A DNA stretch of 64,000 bases from Hemiscyllium ocellatum (taxonomy: Eukaryota), in the NCBI RefSeq assembly GCF_020745735.1, contig NC_083403.1, forward strand, positions 64,885,003 through 64,949,002, read 5' to 3'. The notes under the pieces were generated by a model. It had not been told where the DNA came from. It was given only the letters and a program-made list of their open reading frames with translations, and did no database searches. The stretch's first letter is position 1. The number at the start of each line of letters is the position of its first letter. Below are positions 24,082-37,079 of this stretch, piece by piece. Both the position numbers and the translations under genes were made by a program.

Positions 24082-24892
24082 ATTAAAATAGGCTTAGAGT
24101 TTCTCAGACTTCTATTCAAGGCAATATTTCCTCTAATTATTTTTTCTGATGCGCAGACCTCCAGATGTCAATGCTGGGAATGGTGCAGGCGCATCAATTG
24201 GCTTGAGCAGAATTTTCAAGTGACTGCCCAGCCACACACCTTGGAAGGATTACTAATTCTAGGCCCAACCATCTTTAGCTGTTTCATTAATGACCTTCCC
24301 TCCATCATAATGACAGCAGTGGAAAGTTCACTGATAACTTATCAGCACCATTCACAATTCCTCCAGCACAAAAGCAATCCAAATCTATATGCAGCATGTC
24401 CTGGAAAAAATTCAGCCGTGGAGTAATTAGTGGCAAGGAACACTTTGCCACCTTGTTCCAGGCGTCAGCACAATTTTTATTTGTTCTTATTTTTCATTTT
24501 CTCAAAAATAAATGTCAGTTATTCAAATAATAATTGTTGTGCTGACAGATTTGGTTCACGTCCAATATATTTCTCTTCAAATGAACTTCACCTTTAAAAT
24601 TACCATATTCACTGAAACCATCAAAACTGTGCGTCTGTGCCTTTTATTGCTTTCATGAAATTTCTTTAAACCCAAATTGCGTAGTTTAGTTAATTAATTC
24701 TGATTCCTTATAAATTCTTGAAGTTGCCAAAAATCTTGTTACACCTGCGAACGAAAAGGATAAAAGGCTTATTTCGCTTCAGGCAAGAATGAATTAATCA
24801 GTTGACAAAAAATCTTAAGCTGCTTGCTGGAAGAGTTGCTTACTCTTTGTTTGTTTCCCCGAGGGGAAGAACAAAACATTCTCTCGTTGATA

Positions 24893-25110
24893 GAAATTGC
24901 TGGGAAATCTCAGCAGGTCTGACAGCTTCTGTGGAGAGAAAACAAAGTTGATGTTTTTGGGTTCAGTGCCCCTTCTTCAGAACATCTTCAGTTTTCACTG
25001 GACCCAAGACATTAACTCTGCTTCCTCTCCACTGATGCTGCCAGACCTGTTGAGCTTTCCCAGCATTTTCTGTTTTGATTTCTGATTTCCAGTATCTGCA
25101 ATTCGTAATT
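24893..25110. mobile_element. Palindromic terminus of an older PLE-like family
   Basis: gctgggaaatctcagcaggtctgacagc ... gctgccagacctgttgagctttcccagc inverted arms; ccagtatctgca terminus. Confidence 0.6.
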
Positions 25111-25504
25111 TCTTTTCTCTGTGGTTGACCACCTTGCGTCATTTTAAAAAAAAGTCCCTAATTAAAATGACCAAGACTCTATTTCAAATTTTTTTTAGCA
25201 AACTTCTTCTGTTGAACATTTCATTAAATAAACTGTAGCTTTCACAGCTTTATTGAGTTTTAGAAAAGGTCCACAGAATTTTAGATTAATTCAAATACTT
25301 TCAAAATTGTGTCTTCGATTGTTTGACAAATTTTAACAAATCCTCTTAATTTTCGCAACTTGAATCATTGTATCAAACTCAGATAATTTGTTTTCACTTC
25401 CAATTTTCAGGACTCAAATTTAACAGTATCAGGATCAAAATCCTTAAATCTGTAATCTTTGCAAGATTTTTAACATAAGATTAATCCAACTATTTTTGAT
25501 GGCT

Positions 25505-25870
25505 GAGAGAGGACCTCATAGAGGTTTATAAAATCATGAGGGGCATGGACAGGATGAATAGCCAAGGTCTTTTCCCTGGGACAGAGAGTGTATAATTAGA
25601 GGGCATAGTTTTAACGTGAGATGGGATAGATTTAAAAGGGACCGGAGGGGCAATGTTTTCATGCAGAGGGTGGTACGTGTATGGAATGAGCTGCCAGAGG
25701 AGGTGGTGAAGGAGGGTACAATTACAACATTTAAAGGACATCTCAATGGGTAGAAGCATATGGACCAAATGCTGGCAAATGGGAATAGATTAATTTAGGA
25801 TGCCTGGTCAGCATAGATGTGTTGGGCCAATGGGTCTGTTTCTGTGTTGTACAACTCTATGGCACTATAA
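25505..25870 (+). mobile_element. CR1 3' end
   Basis: gacctcatagaggtttataaaatcatg..tggaatgagctgccagagg..ctctatg tail. Confidence 0.8.
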
Positions 25871-26003
25871 CTTAAGTTTAATCACAATTATTTCAAATAT
25901 CCAAATTATATTTTCAAATATTTTAAAAACTTTATACATATGTGAACTGGATTAAAATTCCCCACACATTCATCAGAATATCCTGGACTCATCATTCTGG
26001 ATA

Positions 26004-27968
26004 GTGGATGTAAGTTTGCTTGCTGAGCTGGTAAGTTCGTTTTGAGACATTTAGTCACCAAACTGGGCAACATCATCAATGAGCCTCCAGTGAAGAGCTG
26101 GTGTTATGGCCTGCTTTCTATTTAAGTGTTTTGAGTTTTCTTGATTTGGTGATGTCATTTCTGGTCCTTTTCCTCAGAGGGTGGTAGATGGGATCAAAAT
26201 CAATGTGTTTGCTAATAGAGTTCCAATTGGAAAGCCATGCTTCTTAGAATTCTCGTGCGTGTCTCTATTTGGCTTAGCCTAGGATGGATGTGTTGTCCCA
26301 GTCAAAGTGGTGTCCTTCCTCATCTGTATGTAAGGATGCTAGTGATAGTGGGTCATGTCTTTTTGTGCCTGATTGATGTTCATGCATCCTAGTGGCCAGC
26401 TTTCTGTCTGTTTGTCCAATGCAGTGTTTATTACAGTCCTTGCAAGGTATTTTGTAAATTAGTTGCATTTTGCTTGTTGTCTGGATAGGGTCTTTTAAGT
26501 TCATTAGTGTGTTGTTTTAGTGTGTTGGTGTGTTTGTAGGCTACCATGATGTCAAGGAATCTGAATAGTCTGGCAGTCATTTCCAAGATGTTTTTGATGT
26601 AGGGGAGAGTAGCTACGATTTCTGGGTGGGTTTTATCTGATTGTTTGGGTTTATTGCTGAAATATCAGCTGACTGTATTCATTGGTTACCCATTCTTTTT
26701 GAAAACGGGGTATAGTGATTTTCTTCTGCTCTTCGTAATTCCTCTGTGCTGCAGTGTGTGATGGTTTGTTGAAATAATGTTCTAGTGCAACTTCTTTTGT
26801 GGGTGTTGGGATGATTGCTTCTGTAGTTCAGTATTTCGTCCTTATGTGTTGTCTTTCTGTAGACACTGGTTTGAAGTTCCCCCTTGGCTGTTTGCTCTAC
26901 TGAGACATCTAGGAATGGCAGTTTGTTGTTGTTTTCCTCCTCTTTAGTGAATTTTATGCCAGTAACAATATTGTTGATGGTCTTGAAGGTTTCATCTAAT
27001 TTGTTCTGTTTAGTAATTACAAAGGTGTCATCCATGTCGCCGACCCAAAGTTTGGGTTGGATAGTTGGTAGAGTTGTTTGTTTGAGTCTCTGCATACTGC
27101 CTATGCTAAGAACCCTGATATCGGAGGTCCCATGGGTGTTCTGTTAGTTTGTCTGTAGGTTTTATTGTTGAAGGTGAAGTGGGTGTTAAGGCATAGTTCC
27201 ACTAGCTTGATGATGTTGTCCTTGCTGATGTGGTTGATGGTGTTTGTTGTACGTTTCTTTGGTTTTTCTAAGAGTGTAGTCAGTGTTTCTTTGGCCGGGT
27301 TAATGTTGATGGATGTGAACAGGGCTGTTACGTCAAAGGAGACTATTATTTTGTCTTCTTCTATCTTGGTGGCTTTGATTGTGTTCAGGATCTCTTGGGA
27401 GGAGTGGATGGGGTGGTGTGACTCTTCTTTTAAGAGTTTTAGTCATTGGTGTAGTTCCTTTGCAACAAGAAAAAGGAACGTCATTTACAAAATACTTTGC
27501 AAGGACTGTAATAACATTGCTTTGGACAAACAGGCAGAAAACTAGCCACCAGGACACATTAACTTATCACAAAAAGACATGATCCACTCTCACTCGTATC
27601 CTTACATATAGATGAGGAAGAACACCACTTTTACTGAGACAACATATCCATCCTAGGACAAACCAAACAGAGAGACACATGAGAATTCCTAAAAGAATGG
27701 CACTTCGACCGGAACTCTATCAACAAATACATCGATTTGGACCCAATCTACCACCCACTGAGAAAAAGAACTGGAAATGACATCACTAACTCCAAGGAAA
27801 TCCAAATCACATAAATGGAAAGCAGGACATACCATCAACTCTTCACTGGAGGCTCAGTGATGATGTTACCTAGTATAGTGAGCAAACGTCTGAAAACAAA
27901 CCTTCCAGCTCAGTGAGCGAACTTACATCCAGAACCTCAACCTGAGCTACAAATCTTCTCAAAACTCT
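26004..27968 (-). mobile_element. Penelope/Poseidon-type retroelement, 5'-truncated, with inverted pLTR (~27478-27968 on +)
   Basis: RT fragment LWVGDMDDTFVI..IKFTKEEE..LPFLDV..VYRKTTH..SNHP and GIY-YIG fragment IYKIPCKDCNKHCIGQTDRKLATRMHEH; the GIY-YIG/3' segment is repeated in inverted orientation; frameshifted. Confidence 0.9.
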
Positions 27969-28689
27969 CTAATTTTGGATAGTAACTATGATTCCAGGGC
28001 TTGTTCCTTGTAAAGTTTACTTTATTACACTTCCCAGAAGTTTCATGATTTCTTGTTGTTTCTTCAGACTTCTGAAGCGCAACAAGATTAATACCCAAGA
28101 ATAATCTTAATTTATTTATCCTAAACAAAAGGAAGCCTGTATGCTTACAATGTATAATAGATCTACAACTTAATTTTCCATAATATTCAACTGAGACAGG
28201 CAAGCTCAATGGTAACTATGAGAGAAACTCCCCACATAGAACATCACCACAACTAGTTTACATTCATTAATAGGAAAGAAATAAAAGCCTGGTTACATAA
28301 TTTAAGGTGATTAACAGAAAAGTAAATAACACATTAACTTATAGCAATATGTGTTTGTGTGCACGTGTGTGTGTATTTGTCTGTATAAATGTTTGTTTGT
28401 GTATGTTTTGACTTACAGAATTGAGCAGGAGGGGTAATTCTTGATCCTGCTATGCCATTCAGTAAGACCATAGCTGATCTATATTCCTTATGTATGTACG
28501 TTCACCTCAAACCAGTTCTTGTTTCAGATTCTGCCTTGACCAAATACTGTATTGCTTCATGATTCAGTCAGCAACTATCAAGTTTCATTAAGACCAGCAC
28601 TGGTACTTCCTGAATACACATACAGAGGGTATCAATCATCATAGTGACAGTACAAAGTGCTGGTATTGGCATCATTACTTGTGCAAGGC

Positions 28690-29560
28690 ATGATGATGCA
28701 TGGTAGGCTTTGAAACGATGAAGCTTTCAGTTCATGCCTGTATGGAGGAGAATATCAAGTAAAGAAGTTCAACACATTGTATCCTCACTGTCTGCTGGAA
28801 ATCATTAGTATATGCTGGTAGGGCAAAGTCACGAATGCAGCAGTCCTTTCAAAGTTAGAGCTCCACATATGGTAACATTCATCAAACAGAGGCAGCTTTA
28901 CTGGCTTATGCACATTTGCAGGATGAAAGATGGCTGTGTATTGAAAAATTTATTGTACGTTATTAGCTTATTTAGGGGTGGCATGATGGCACAGTGGTTA
29001 GCACTACTGCCTTACAGCACTTAGGACCTGAGTTCAATTCCACCCTCAGGTGACTGTCTGAGTGGAGTTTGCATGCTTGCCCAATGTCTGCATGAGTTTC
29101 CTTCAGGTATTCCAGTTTTCTCCCATAGTCCAAAGACGTGCAGGCTGGGTGGATTGGCTATGCTAAATTACCCATAGTGTCCAGGGATATGCAAGTCAGT
29201 GGGGTTAACAGTGGGTAATGTGGGGTTACTGGGGTAGGGGGTTGGGTCTGGGGCGGCATGGTCTTTGGAGGGTCAGTGTGGACTCAATGGGATGAATGGC
29301 TTCCTTCCATGCTGTAGGGATTCTATGAGAATAGTGAGGAAGCATGAGTGAGATCACCAGTCGGAAGCCCAAAGCTCTGTTTCTGGGATGGTTGCAAGTG
29401 TGTTATGAAATCTCTAGACATGGGTCTCTAGACACCTGGGACTCACTAGTTGGTGACAAAGAAAATAGTGACAACTCCTATGGGCTGGTATGCATCACCA
29501 TGACATCTACCTGTAGTATCTTGGCAACAAATAACAACACCAGAACTTGTGACAGAAATT
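28690..29560 (+). mobile_element. RTE-like LINE 3' fragment interrupted by a SINE
   Basis: IKQRQLYWLMHICRMKDGCVLKNLLY resembles the RTE motif RLRW.GH..RM.D.R.PK.LLY. Confidence 0.55.
28975..29328 (+). mobile_element. HE1/V-SINE-type SINE (older)
   Basis: Head, core and gggattctatga tail. Confidence 0.8.
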
Positions 29561-32500
29561 GCCTCTCAAGCTTTGGCCAGCTCAGCCATCAGGAAAAGTC
29601 TGCTATATGAAGACAATGATCAGAGCAGATTCCTTAGATTGGGTCCATCATCTTTTCAAGGAGGAAGGTTGGTGGAAAGATGCATTTATAACCAGTATTT
29701 TGTATATTAATTTAGTGATGTGGGCCTCTCTGGCAAGATTCACCATCTGTTACTTTGAAGGTTTGGTTGGCCCTTCTTATTGAAATATTCCTGGAGAGGT
29801 TTGATACAACTGAGTGATTTTGCTCAGCTACTTTGGAAGATAATTAAGGGCACTCATGTTGGTCTGGAAGGGAATCACACATAGCGCAGACTGAGGAAAA
29901 ATAGGTTTTATTTCCTAAAGGACTTAAGTGCATCAATGGGACTTCTGGCAATGTGACAACTTCTTAATTATTTCCACCAAACTCAGCTTTTGATTTCCAT
30001 ATTTTTAAAAAAAAATTGATTTCCATTTTTCAGATTGTCATGGCGGGACTTGAACTCATGAGGCAAAATCTATCCACCTGCCTTCCAGAAGGTACCCTTC
30101 GCTGGCATTATCATATCTGGTAACTGTTATTTGCCAGAGCAAACCAACCGTTTCCTGACCTCTGGACAGGCAGGATGATGTATCCTGTGAGAGACCACAT
30201 TTTTTTGCGTGTGTGAGGTTCTAAACTGAAATGGAAATTGAACTGCTACATTACTGAGATATCAGGAGAGTTTTGCAACTTGAAAATTGAATGTTGCACA
30301 TTTTTAAACTCTGCAGTACAATGTTGCTTTTTGAAGCAATGAGGGGGAGAATTTGACACTGAGTGGCACTGAAAGCCTTTTGAGTTAAGGAAATTCTGCC
30401 TGATGACAGCCCTCTGTGATTGGTTGAGCTGCAGAGTGTTAGAAGCTTTAAGTGCCAGGGCAGTAAGGAGAAGATATTGAGAATCTGCAAACTGAAAGCA
30501 TCCATTTTTCATTCTCTCTCTCTCCCTCTATCCCGAAATAGACAGAAAACCAAGAAAGCATTTGAACAAGGTCTAGGTTCACCCAATCAACTATTGAATC
30601 AAAGAATGATATCTCCCTACATACAGCAGCATGTTGGTAGAAATGAGAGACAAGTTAGCATAATCTTGAAATACAGACTTTGATTTTCACAATGTTGCTA
30701 ATCCTATCATAGTCTTGTTCTACCCATTGTATCAATGTTAAGGTGCTTGTCGCTTTTCTGTCTTAATTGTGAATGTGAAGGTGATTTGGGGTTTTTGGAA
30801 TATAGTTTAAGTTATGTCGTACTAAATTTGTAATTTTTTTAGTTGAAGCTGTGTACTATAATAGAGTTTTTTTTTCTGCTACTGACAAAACCTGCCATAA
30901 AGTCCTTTAGCCTTGCATAGCAGTCCATGGAACATTGGGGCAGAATAATCATTGCATCTTTCTCAGTTGAATTATAGCAAATTATTCTGTTGGAAGAAGA
31001 ATTTCTATTAAAGAAATCATGCACGCATAAGGGATGTTCACCAATATTTGCATTTTGCATCCCTATCATGCCATTCCCTCCACCCCACCACCCTGAATCT
31101 TAACTTAGAGATGCTGCAGATTCTGAGAAGCTGCAGTGACGGGAGTTCTCCAAAGGATGTAAGGAAGAAACATCTCTTTAACCAAACAGGAATGCAGACA
31201 AGCAGGTGATGAAGTTAAAAGCAAATGGTTGATCCCTTCAACTTGGAGAGAGCGTACTAAATTAATATAGAATCTCAGGAAGGCTGATGTGCCAAGTTCA
31301 TGTTATGAATCAATGCATCCTCCTGCACATCACACTCTAGGGCAACACAACTTGCAGCTCTACTCATTCCTCTGTCTCTCTCAGGCACGCCACATACCAA
31401 TTGAATAAACATCATTCCCTATCACCCTATTTTCATTTTACACTCATGCCTTATTGTCACCCTTCACAAGTGGTGCCTGCCACACCTCTGCACCAAAGGC
31501 ATTATCAATTTTCACATGTCTTGGTTTTCTCTTCTTGCACAAAACTATAGTCTGATACCCAATGACAGCTGTGTGCGCCATCTACATGCATTGCAACAAC
31601 TCTCCAAGGCTCCTTAGACATCCCTTTCTAAACTTGTGACCTATGTGCTTTTAATTCTCCACTTCAGAGGGCTGTGGAGACTTAGTCACTGAGTAAGTTC
31701 AATACTGATAGATTGCTACAAAGCAAAATCATCAGTGGATTCTGGGATAGGGCAGGAAAATGGTTTTTCTTTTTATTCATTCACAGGACAAGGGCATATG
31801 ACTTTCACCACCTAGAAGGACAAGGGCAGCAGATACATCGGAACACCACCTACAATTTCACCACATGCCATGTCATCCTGACATGGAACTATGTTGCTGT
31901 CCCTTCAATACTGTGGGAATAAAATCCTGGAAACTCCTTTCCTAACAGCACAGTGGGTGCCCCTATACCTGCAGCGGTAAAAGAAGGCAACCGTCCAGTA
32001 ACTTGTCAAGGCTAATTAAATACAGAAAATACATGCCAACCTAGCCAGTGATGCCCACATCCTTTGAATAAATAAATATATAGAAACACTAGCTGGTGAG
32101 AAGCAGAGACAGAGGGAGTGTGCACAGTGGTATCCAGTTGCAGGCATTGTGTCTGCCATTTGCAAAATGTGCTTACCTGCTCCATTGGGAAGCAGGTCTT
32201 GTCTTTGACTTTGCTGATGTCAGTTATCCGGCATAAGCTGAGCCTCCTATGCACAAGACATGTCAAGAGAGCTAATCCTCTGCTTGTAGACTCTGTGTTA
32301 GGGGTTTTGCCTTCTTCCAGCAGGATTCTACTGTCCATCCCAAATGCTTGTCAAATAGTGAAAGCAGGCTCTGGTAGTGCAAATGCTTTGAACAGCAGTA
32401 GCCATGACTGGAAGCCTTCAGTGTAAATAGTTTAATTTATTGCAGTTTCTAATTTTCATTAAAGGATCTCTTTCTACTATTGAGATATCCCTGAGACTTT

Positions 32501-33842
32501 GGTAGGTATTGAACAGCTCCACTGCTGGGAATTCCAGGATTCAAGGTCCAAAGAATAAGCCAAATTACATTAACAAACCTCCAAAATTGTCAATACTTAC
32601 CCCTGCATTTCCAAGAACCATCTCCACTTGCATTCAATACTGGCATGCTGAAAGCGGACAGTGAGATCACATTGACATTCAGACTTTCCTGCCCTACTCA
32701 TTTTTTCAATCCATCTCCCAATGGCCTGGAGAAATTTTGCCCAGGTTCACTGGATTATTGGTCCAGTTCTCTGCTTTACTAGCCCATGGCATTACATGAC
32801 AGTACACAAAGATACTACCATTTGATTTAGAACTGAGTAGAATTTTGTAAACAAAGTTTCAAATTTTTGCATGAACCAGTTAGCTATAAGACATCAGAAT
32901 ATAACTTTCACATCTTTACTCAACAACTGCAGGGCATACTTTGACTTTGAAAACGGTGGTTGAGATTATTAACTTGCACTATCTAATATACAGTTAAATG
33001 TTGCTTTTGCTTTATAATGAAGCTGTGGGAATTGCATGCAATTGGGTGAGTTTCCTTGTGTCTGGTGTCTGGAGTGGTTTTTTTCTGTTTGATAGAACTG
33101 ACTACAGTGCTGTTGGTGCGACTATGATACTCAATTTCAATGTTTTCATTGGTTTTATGCATTATTTTAGCGATGAGCATGGAAGTAAAATAAATGCAAC
33201 AATAAAAAATTCCACACATTCTTGTTTGCAAATGATCATTCAACAAGAAGCTTATGCATTTCATGAATGAATATGGAGATGACATGCCTAACAAAACTAT
33301 TTGTCCATTTTACTTATGCTAATACATTAGATTACACAGTTCTAACATTATTATTTTCTTCTTATACTTCAACTTAATCTTGACAGGTCTGAAGGGTCTG
33401 ATTGCATTATTTTTTCAATCTGTGAAGGTTATCTTTGTCTATTCTTCATTCAGCAAAATCTTAATACACACCAATCAGATTGCTTCCAATCTTGCCATTA
33501 TTTTTTTAAAAAAAGGACTTTCTAAACATTTTTTATTCAACGTTTAAAAGACGACCTTGTTTGCCCACAAACAGAGACAATTCCTCATTTCAGGGCAAAA
33601 TCATCTGCAAGTGAGTCCAGGTGATCAGCTGCAACTATCATCAAGGTAAACAAAATAGGTTTAAGACTTTAAAACTGTCCCAGGTTTCTCCCACCAGTTT
33701 AAGAAAATCATCCAGGAAGTTCTGATTTGTTATGAATAACTGCCCACCAATTTCTCATGGGCAATAATGTCAATAAATTCTGGACTTGCCACGTGTCTAC
33801 TTCCTGAAAAATAAGCCTTGTTCAAAAAACACATTGAAGTGA

Positions 33843-34625
33843 GGGGGAGCACAGTGGTCAGCACTGCTACATCATGGTGTGAGGGACCTGGGTATAACCC
33901 CACCCATGGGCGACTGTGTGGGTTTCTGCCAGGTGCTCTAGTTTCACCTCACAGTCCAGAGATGTGCAGGCTAGGTGGATTGGCCATGCTGAATTGGCCC
34001 GTAGAGTTGATGGATTTGTAGGCTGGTGGGTTAGTCATGGTAAATATGGGGTTAGGGAGAGATGCATTTCAGAGTTGGTGCAGAATCAATGGGCCAAATG
34101 GTATTTTTCTGCACTGTAGGGATTGTACGATTATTTTTCTGATACATTCTCACACATGCTAGTCAGATTGATTGGATAGGAATTGTCTATGCAATAGACT
34201 TCACAAAAAACGACAGTTTGAATCTTTGGACATAACCTGCAACATATATAAAAAAAACAAAGACGCGTCATAGGGACAAAATTTGACAGGGAGTCACTAA
34301 AAGAGATGTTGGGTAAGTGCCAAAAGCTAAGATAAAGAGTTCCGTTTTAAGTATCACGTTTAGGCTGCTCAGTGGTTAGCCACATCAGGGACCTGGGTTT
34401 GATTCCAGACTCCTGTGAAGTTTGTATGTCAGTGCCTCTCACAGTCTAAAGATGTACAGACTGACTGGATTGGTCATGCTAAAATTGCCCATAGTACCCA
34501 GGGATGTGGAGGCGAGGTGGATTAGCCATGGGAAATGCAGGGATGGGGTGTGTCCCTGGGGAGGATGCACTTCCGAGGGTCGGTATGTCGAATGGCCTGC
34601 CCGCACACTGTAGGGAGTGTATGAT
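33843..34625 (+). mobile_element. Two degraded HE1/V-SINE-type copies (33843-34132, 34365-34625)
   Basis: cacagtcc/taaagatgt..gattggccatgct core in both. Confidence 0.7.
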
Positions 34626-34679
34626 TGATCTTATCAGGAGGAGGATACCTTTTGGAGGGGCTAATTTCTGGAGTTTAAC

Positions 34680-36200
34680 CACTGTCAGAATTCAGGATTT
34701 GAGTCGTACCACGTTCTGCTGCAATTTCGGCCAATCAGCTTTCCTACGCAAGAACGCAGGTTACGAATTTGGGCTAAAGAATCTGTTTGGATTTACCAAA
34801 ATCCCTGAATCCTTTCAAACAAACATATTTCGTCAGATCACAATCTGTTGGGAGTCCGAACTATTTCAATGTACGCAAAGGGAAAAGCTACCCTGATGTG
34901 CAGCAGGTGTTTGAAGCTTTCATTGCTTGTTTGGAAATGTTTTGTCTAAACTCTTTCTTTCTGGCTGTATTAAACGGGCAACTGACACCTTGCTCAGTCG
35001 TTTTCCTTTTCTCCTGTTTTACTTTGAGACTAGGGAATGGACAGACCACATCCCGTGTGTAAACAGATGTTCTGTCCTTGCAAACCTGGTCCCTGAATTT
35101 TCCACAATCAGCTCCAATCTCAGCGGAAACGTGCGACAAAGAAACGCCCAAATCAGAATGTGAATGGTTTAACCGGACTAACGCTGTAAATGATATTTTC
35201 CTCGCTAACCTGCGCTTTCTGGGGAAATACCGGACCAGGAAATAAACAAAGTTCATGGTCACCGGGGCCGGAGCTGCCTGATACGTGTTAGGTGTGTCGA
35301 TATTGTAGCAAAGTTTCAGTGCAGATCATTGGCACTTTTTACCGAAACAAATACTTCCTGGTTCAAGCTCCAAGTCGAGAAAGGGTTGCGCTGTGAGGCA
35401 GCAAAGACAATATGTAAAAGTCGGTCTCCATTCAATTCCTGTCTTGTTCCAAGTCGTTCAGGGAGTTCGTTCATTGATTTATTTTAGGAATGTCTTCCCT
35501 TTCGGAGACGGAGTAGAGCGGATCCACAGCAGAGTGGAGACGGACAAACATGGGGAATTTCATACGGACTCACTGTGCATGTCTCAGGTGTATCTGCCCC
35601 TGTGTCTTCAAACCTGCCAAGCTCAAAGATCCGGACAGGTCGCTGTCTCTCAGGGACCCCACCCTGCCTCGGCCGCCCCCGCCAGAGCCGGTGCTGCAGC
35701 GCAAGATCTATGTCGCTTTGTACGACTACTCGGCTCGCACACCCGAGGACCTGAGCTTCGAAGCGGGAGAAATGCTGGAAGTTACCGACCAGTCACTGGA
35801 CAATTGGTGGCTGGCTCGGTCACTGTGGCGAGACGACAACAGACAAGGCTACATTCCCAGCAATTACGTTGCTCTGGACTGCAGTATAGAGGCGCAACCG
35901 TAAGTAGACAATATTTACATTCACTTAAGGCAAAGATACGTCAGCATAGGCACCGAGTTGCACGGACCAGGACATCGCACCTATTGGTCTCTGCAGCTGG
36001 ATGGAATGAGCAGATCCTTGCCAAACGGATGATTGGGAATCTTCAAGCTGACGTGGGCAATGGCTGGAGAGCGAGCAGGACCTTGCCAAGTCCCTGAATG
36101 CTGATAAATAACTATTACAGTTGTCTTAGGTTGTCCGGAGTTCCCGTGCTGGAATAAATAACTGCTGAAATCGTCCCCTTTCCTCTTTACATCTGTGAAT
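34680..36200 (+). promoter_or_regulatory. CpG-enriched putative FRK promoter / exon 1 region
   Basis: Visibly higher CpG density than the CpG-depleted flanks and no recognisable repeats. CCAAT box (ggccaatcag ~34729-34738), Fox-like AAATAAACA 35240-35248, ETS-like ACTTCCTG 35353-35360. Confidence 0.55.
35550..35899 (+). CDS. frk: FRK-like non-receptor tyrosine kinase, first coding exon (N-terminus + SH3 domain)
   Basis: Strong Kozak context aacATGG. SH3 sequence [44 protein letters not shown] carries the FRK-type ART.EDLSF signature. Ends CAA CC|GTAAGT (phase-2 donor at 35900), so the ORF stop at 35903 is intronic. No SH2 or kinase exon recognised downstream in the window. Confidence 0.85.
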
Positions 36201-36890
36201 TCTTTCGTGAAATTGTTGCAGGAGTGCCTTTGGATAACTTGATCTGATCCAATTTACTTTGTGTTGTCCCTTTTAGATTTACATTTGAAGAAATTGTAGT
36301 TTTGAAACAAAAATGTTGGTTGACAGTCATAAATCAGTTTGGTCACTTACACGTAACAGGTATATTATCTGTTTAACTACTGTTGCAGGGTACATATGTT
36401 CTGATCTTTCCAGGAAATGTATTTGCATGGTTCAGTGCTAAATTGTATTGTGCTTCATATGAACAAAATAGTAGTAGATTGAGAAACATGCTGCAGTCTA
36501 TTGGAGTGACTGGAACTCAGGCTTATCAAACAATACATAATTTCATTAATATTTATGCACATCTTCTTTGCTGTATTAAGACCAGTGTTACCATACTCCT
36601 ATGGGTTAACAGGCCTGCTTGATTAGGAGATAATGCCGCCAATATCAAGAGATCTGTTGTTAGGTTCTTTGACTTTCAACACTCCACAAAATAAAAAAGG
36701 AAGTTATGAAGGGTTCCGGAGAATGGTTGTGAAACTGGAAAAATAATTATAAAGGTGCGCAAATGAAAACAGCAAGCTTGAGCAATGAACAAAAACAAGT
36801 GGGAGGATACATTTTAAACTATTAACCTGCCTGTTGGAAAACTGTGTGGGAAAACATTTCTGGCTGTCACTTGAGAGCTAATTCACACAG

Positions 36891-37079
36891 GGAGAACGTG
36901 AGGACTGCAGATGTTGGAGACCAGAGTCAAAGAGTGTGGTGCTTGAAAAGCCCAGCCAGTCAGGCAGCATCTGAGTAGCAGGAGAGTCAATGTTTTCAGC
37001 ATAAGCTTGAAATGTCAACAGTCCTGCTCCTCGAATGCTACCTGACTGGCTGTGCTTTTCCAGCACCACACATTTTGTC
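36891..37079. mobile_element. Older palindromic PLE terminus
   Basis: Imperfect inverted arms centred near 37005; 15-bp direct repeat agctaattcacacag at 36876-36890 and 37080-37094. Confidence 0.8.

Noticed and set aside
30062-32742. Possible TIRs (ggcaaaat / attttgcc) of an ancient DNA transposon
   Set aside because: Only an ~8-bp match and no recognisable transposase
35393-36097. 234-aa + strand ORF
   Set aside because: Alternative frame over the GC-rich FRK exon, non-ATG start, runs through the splice donor, no recognisable domain
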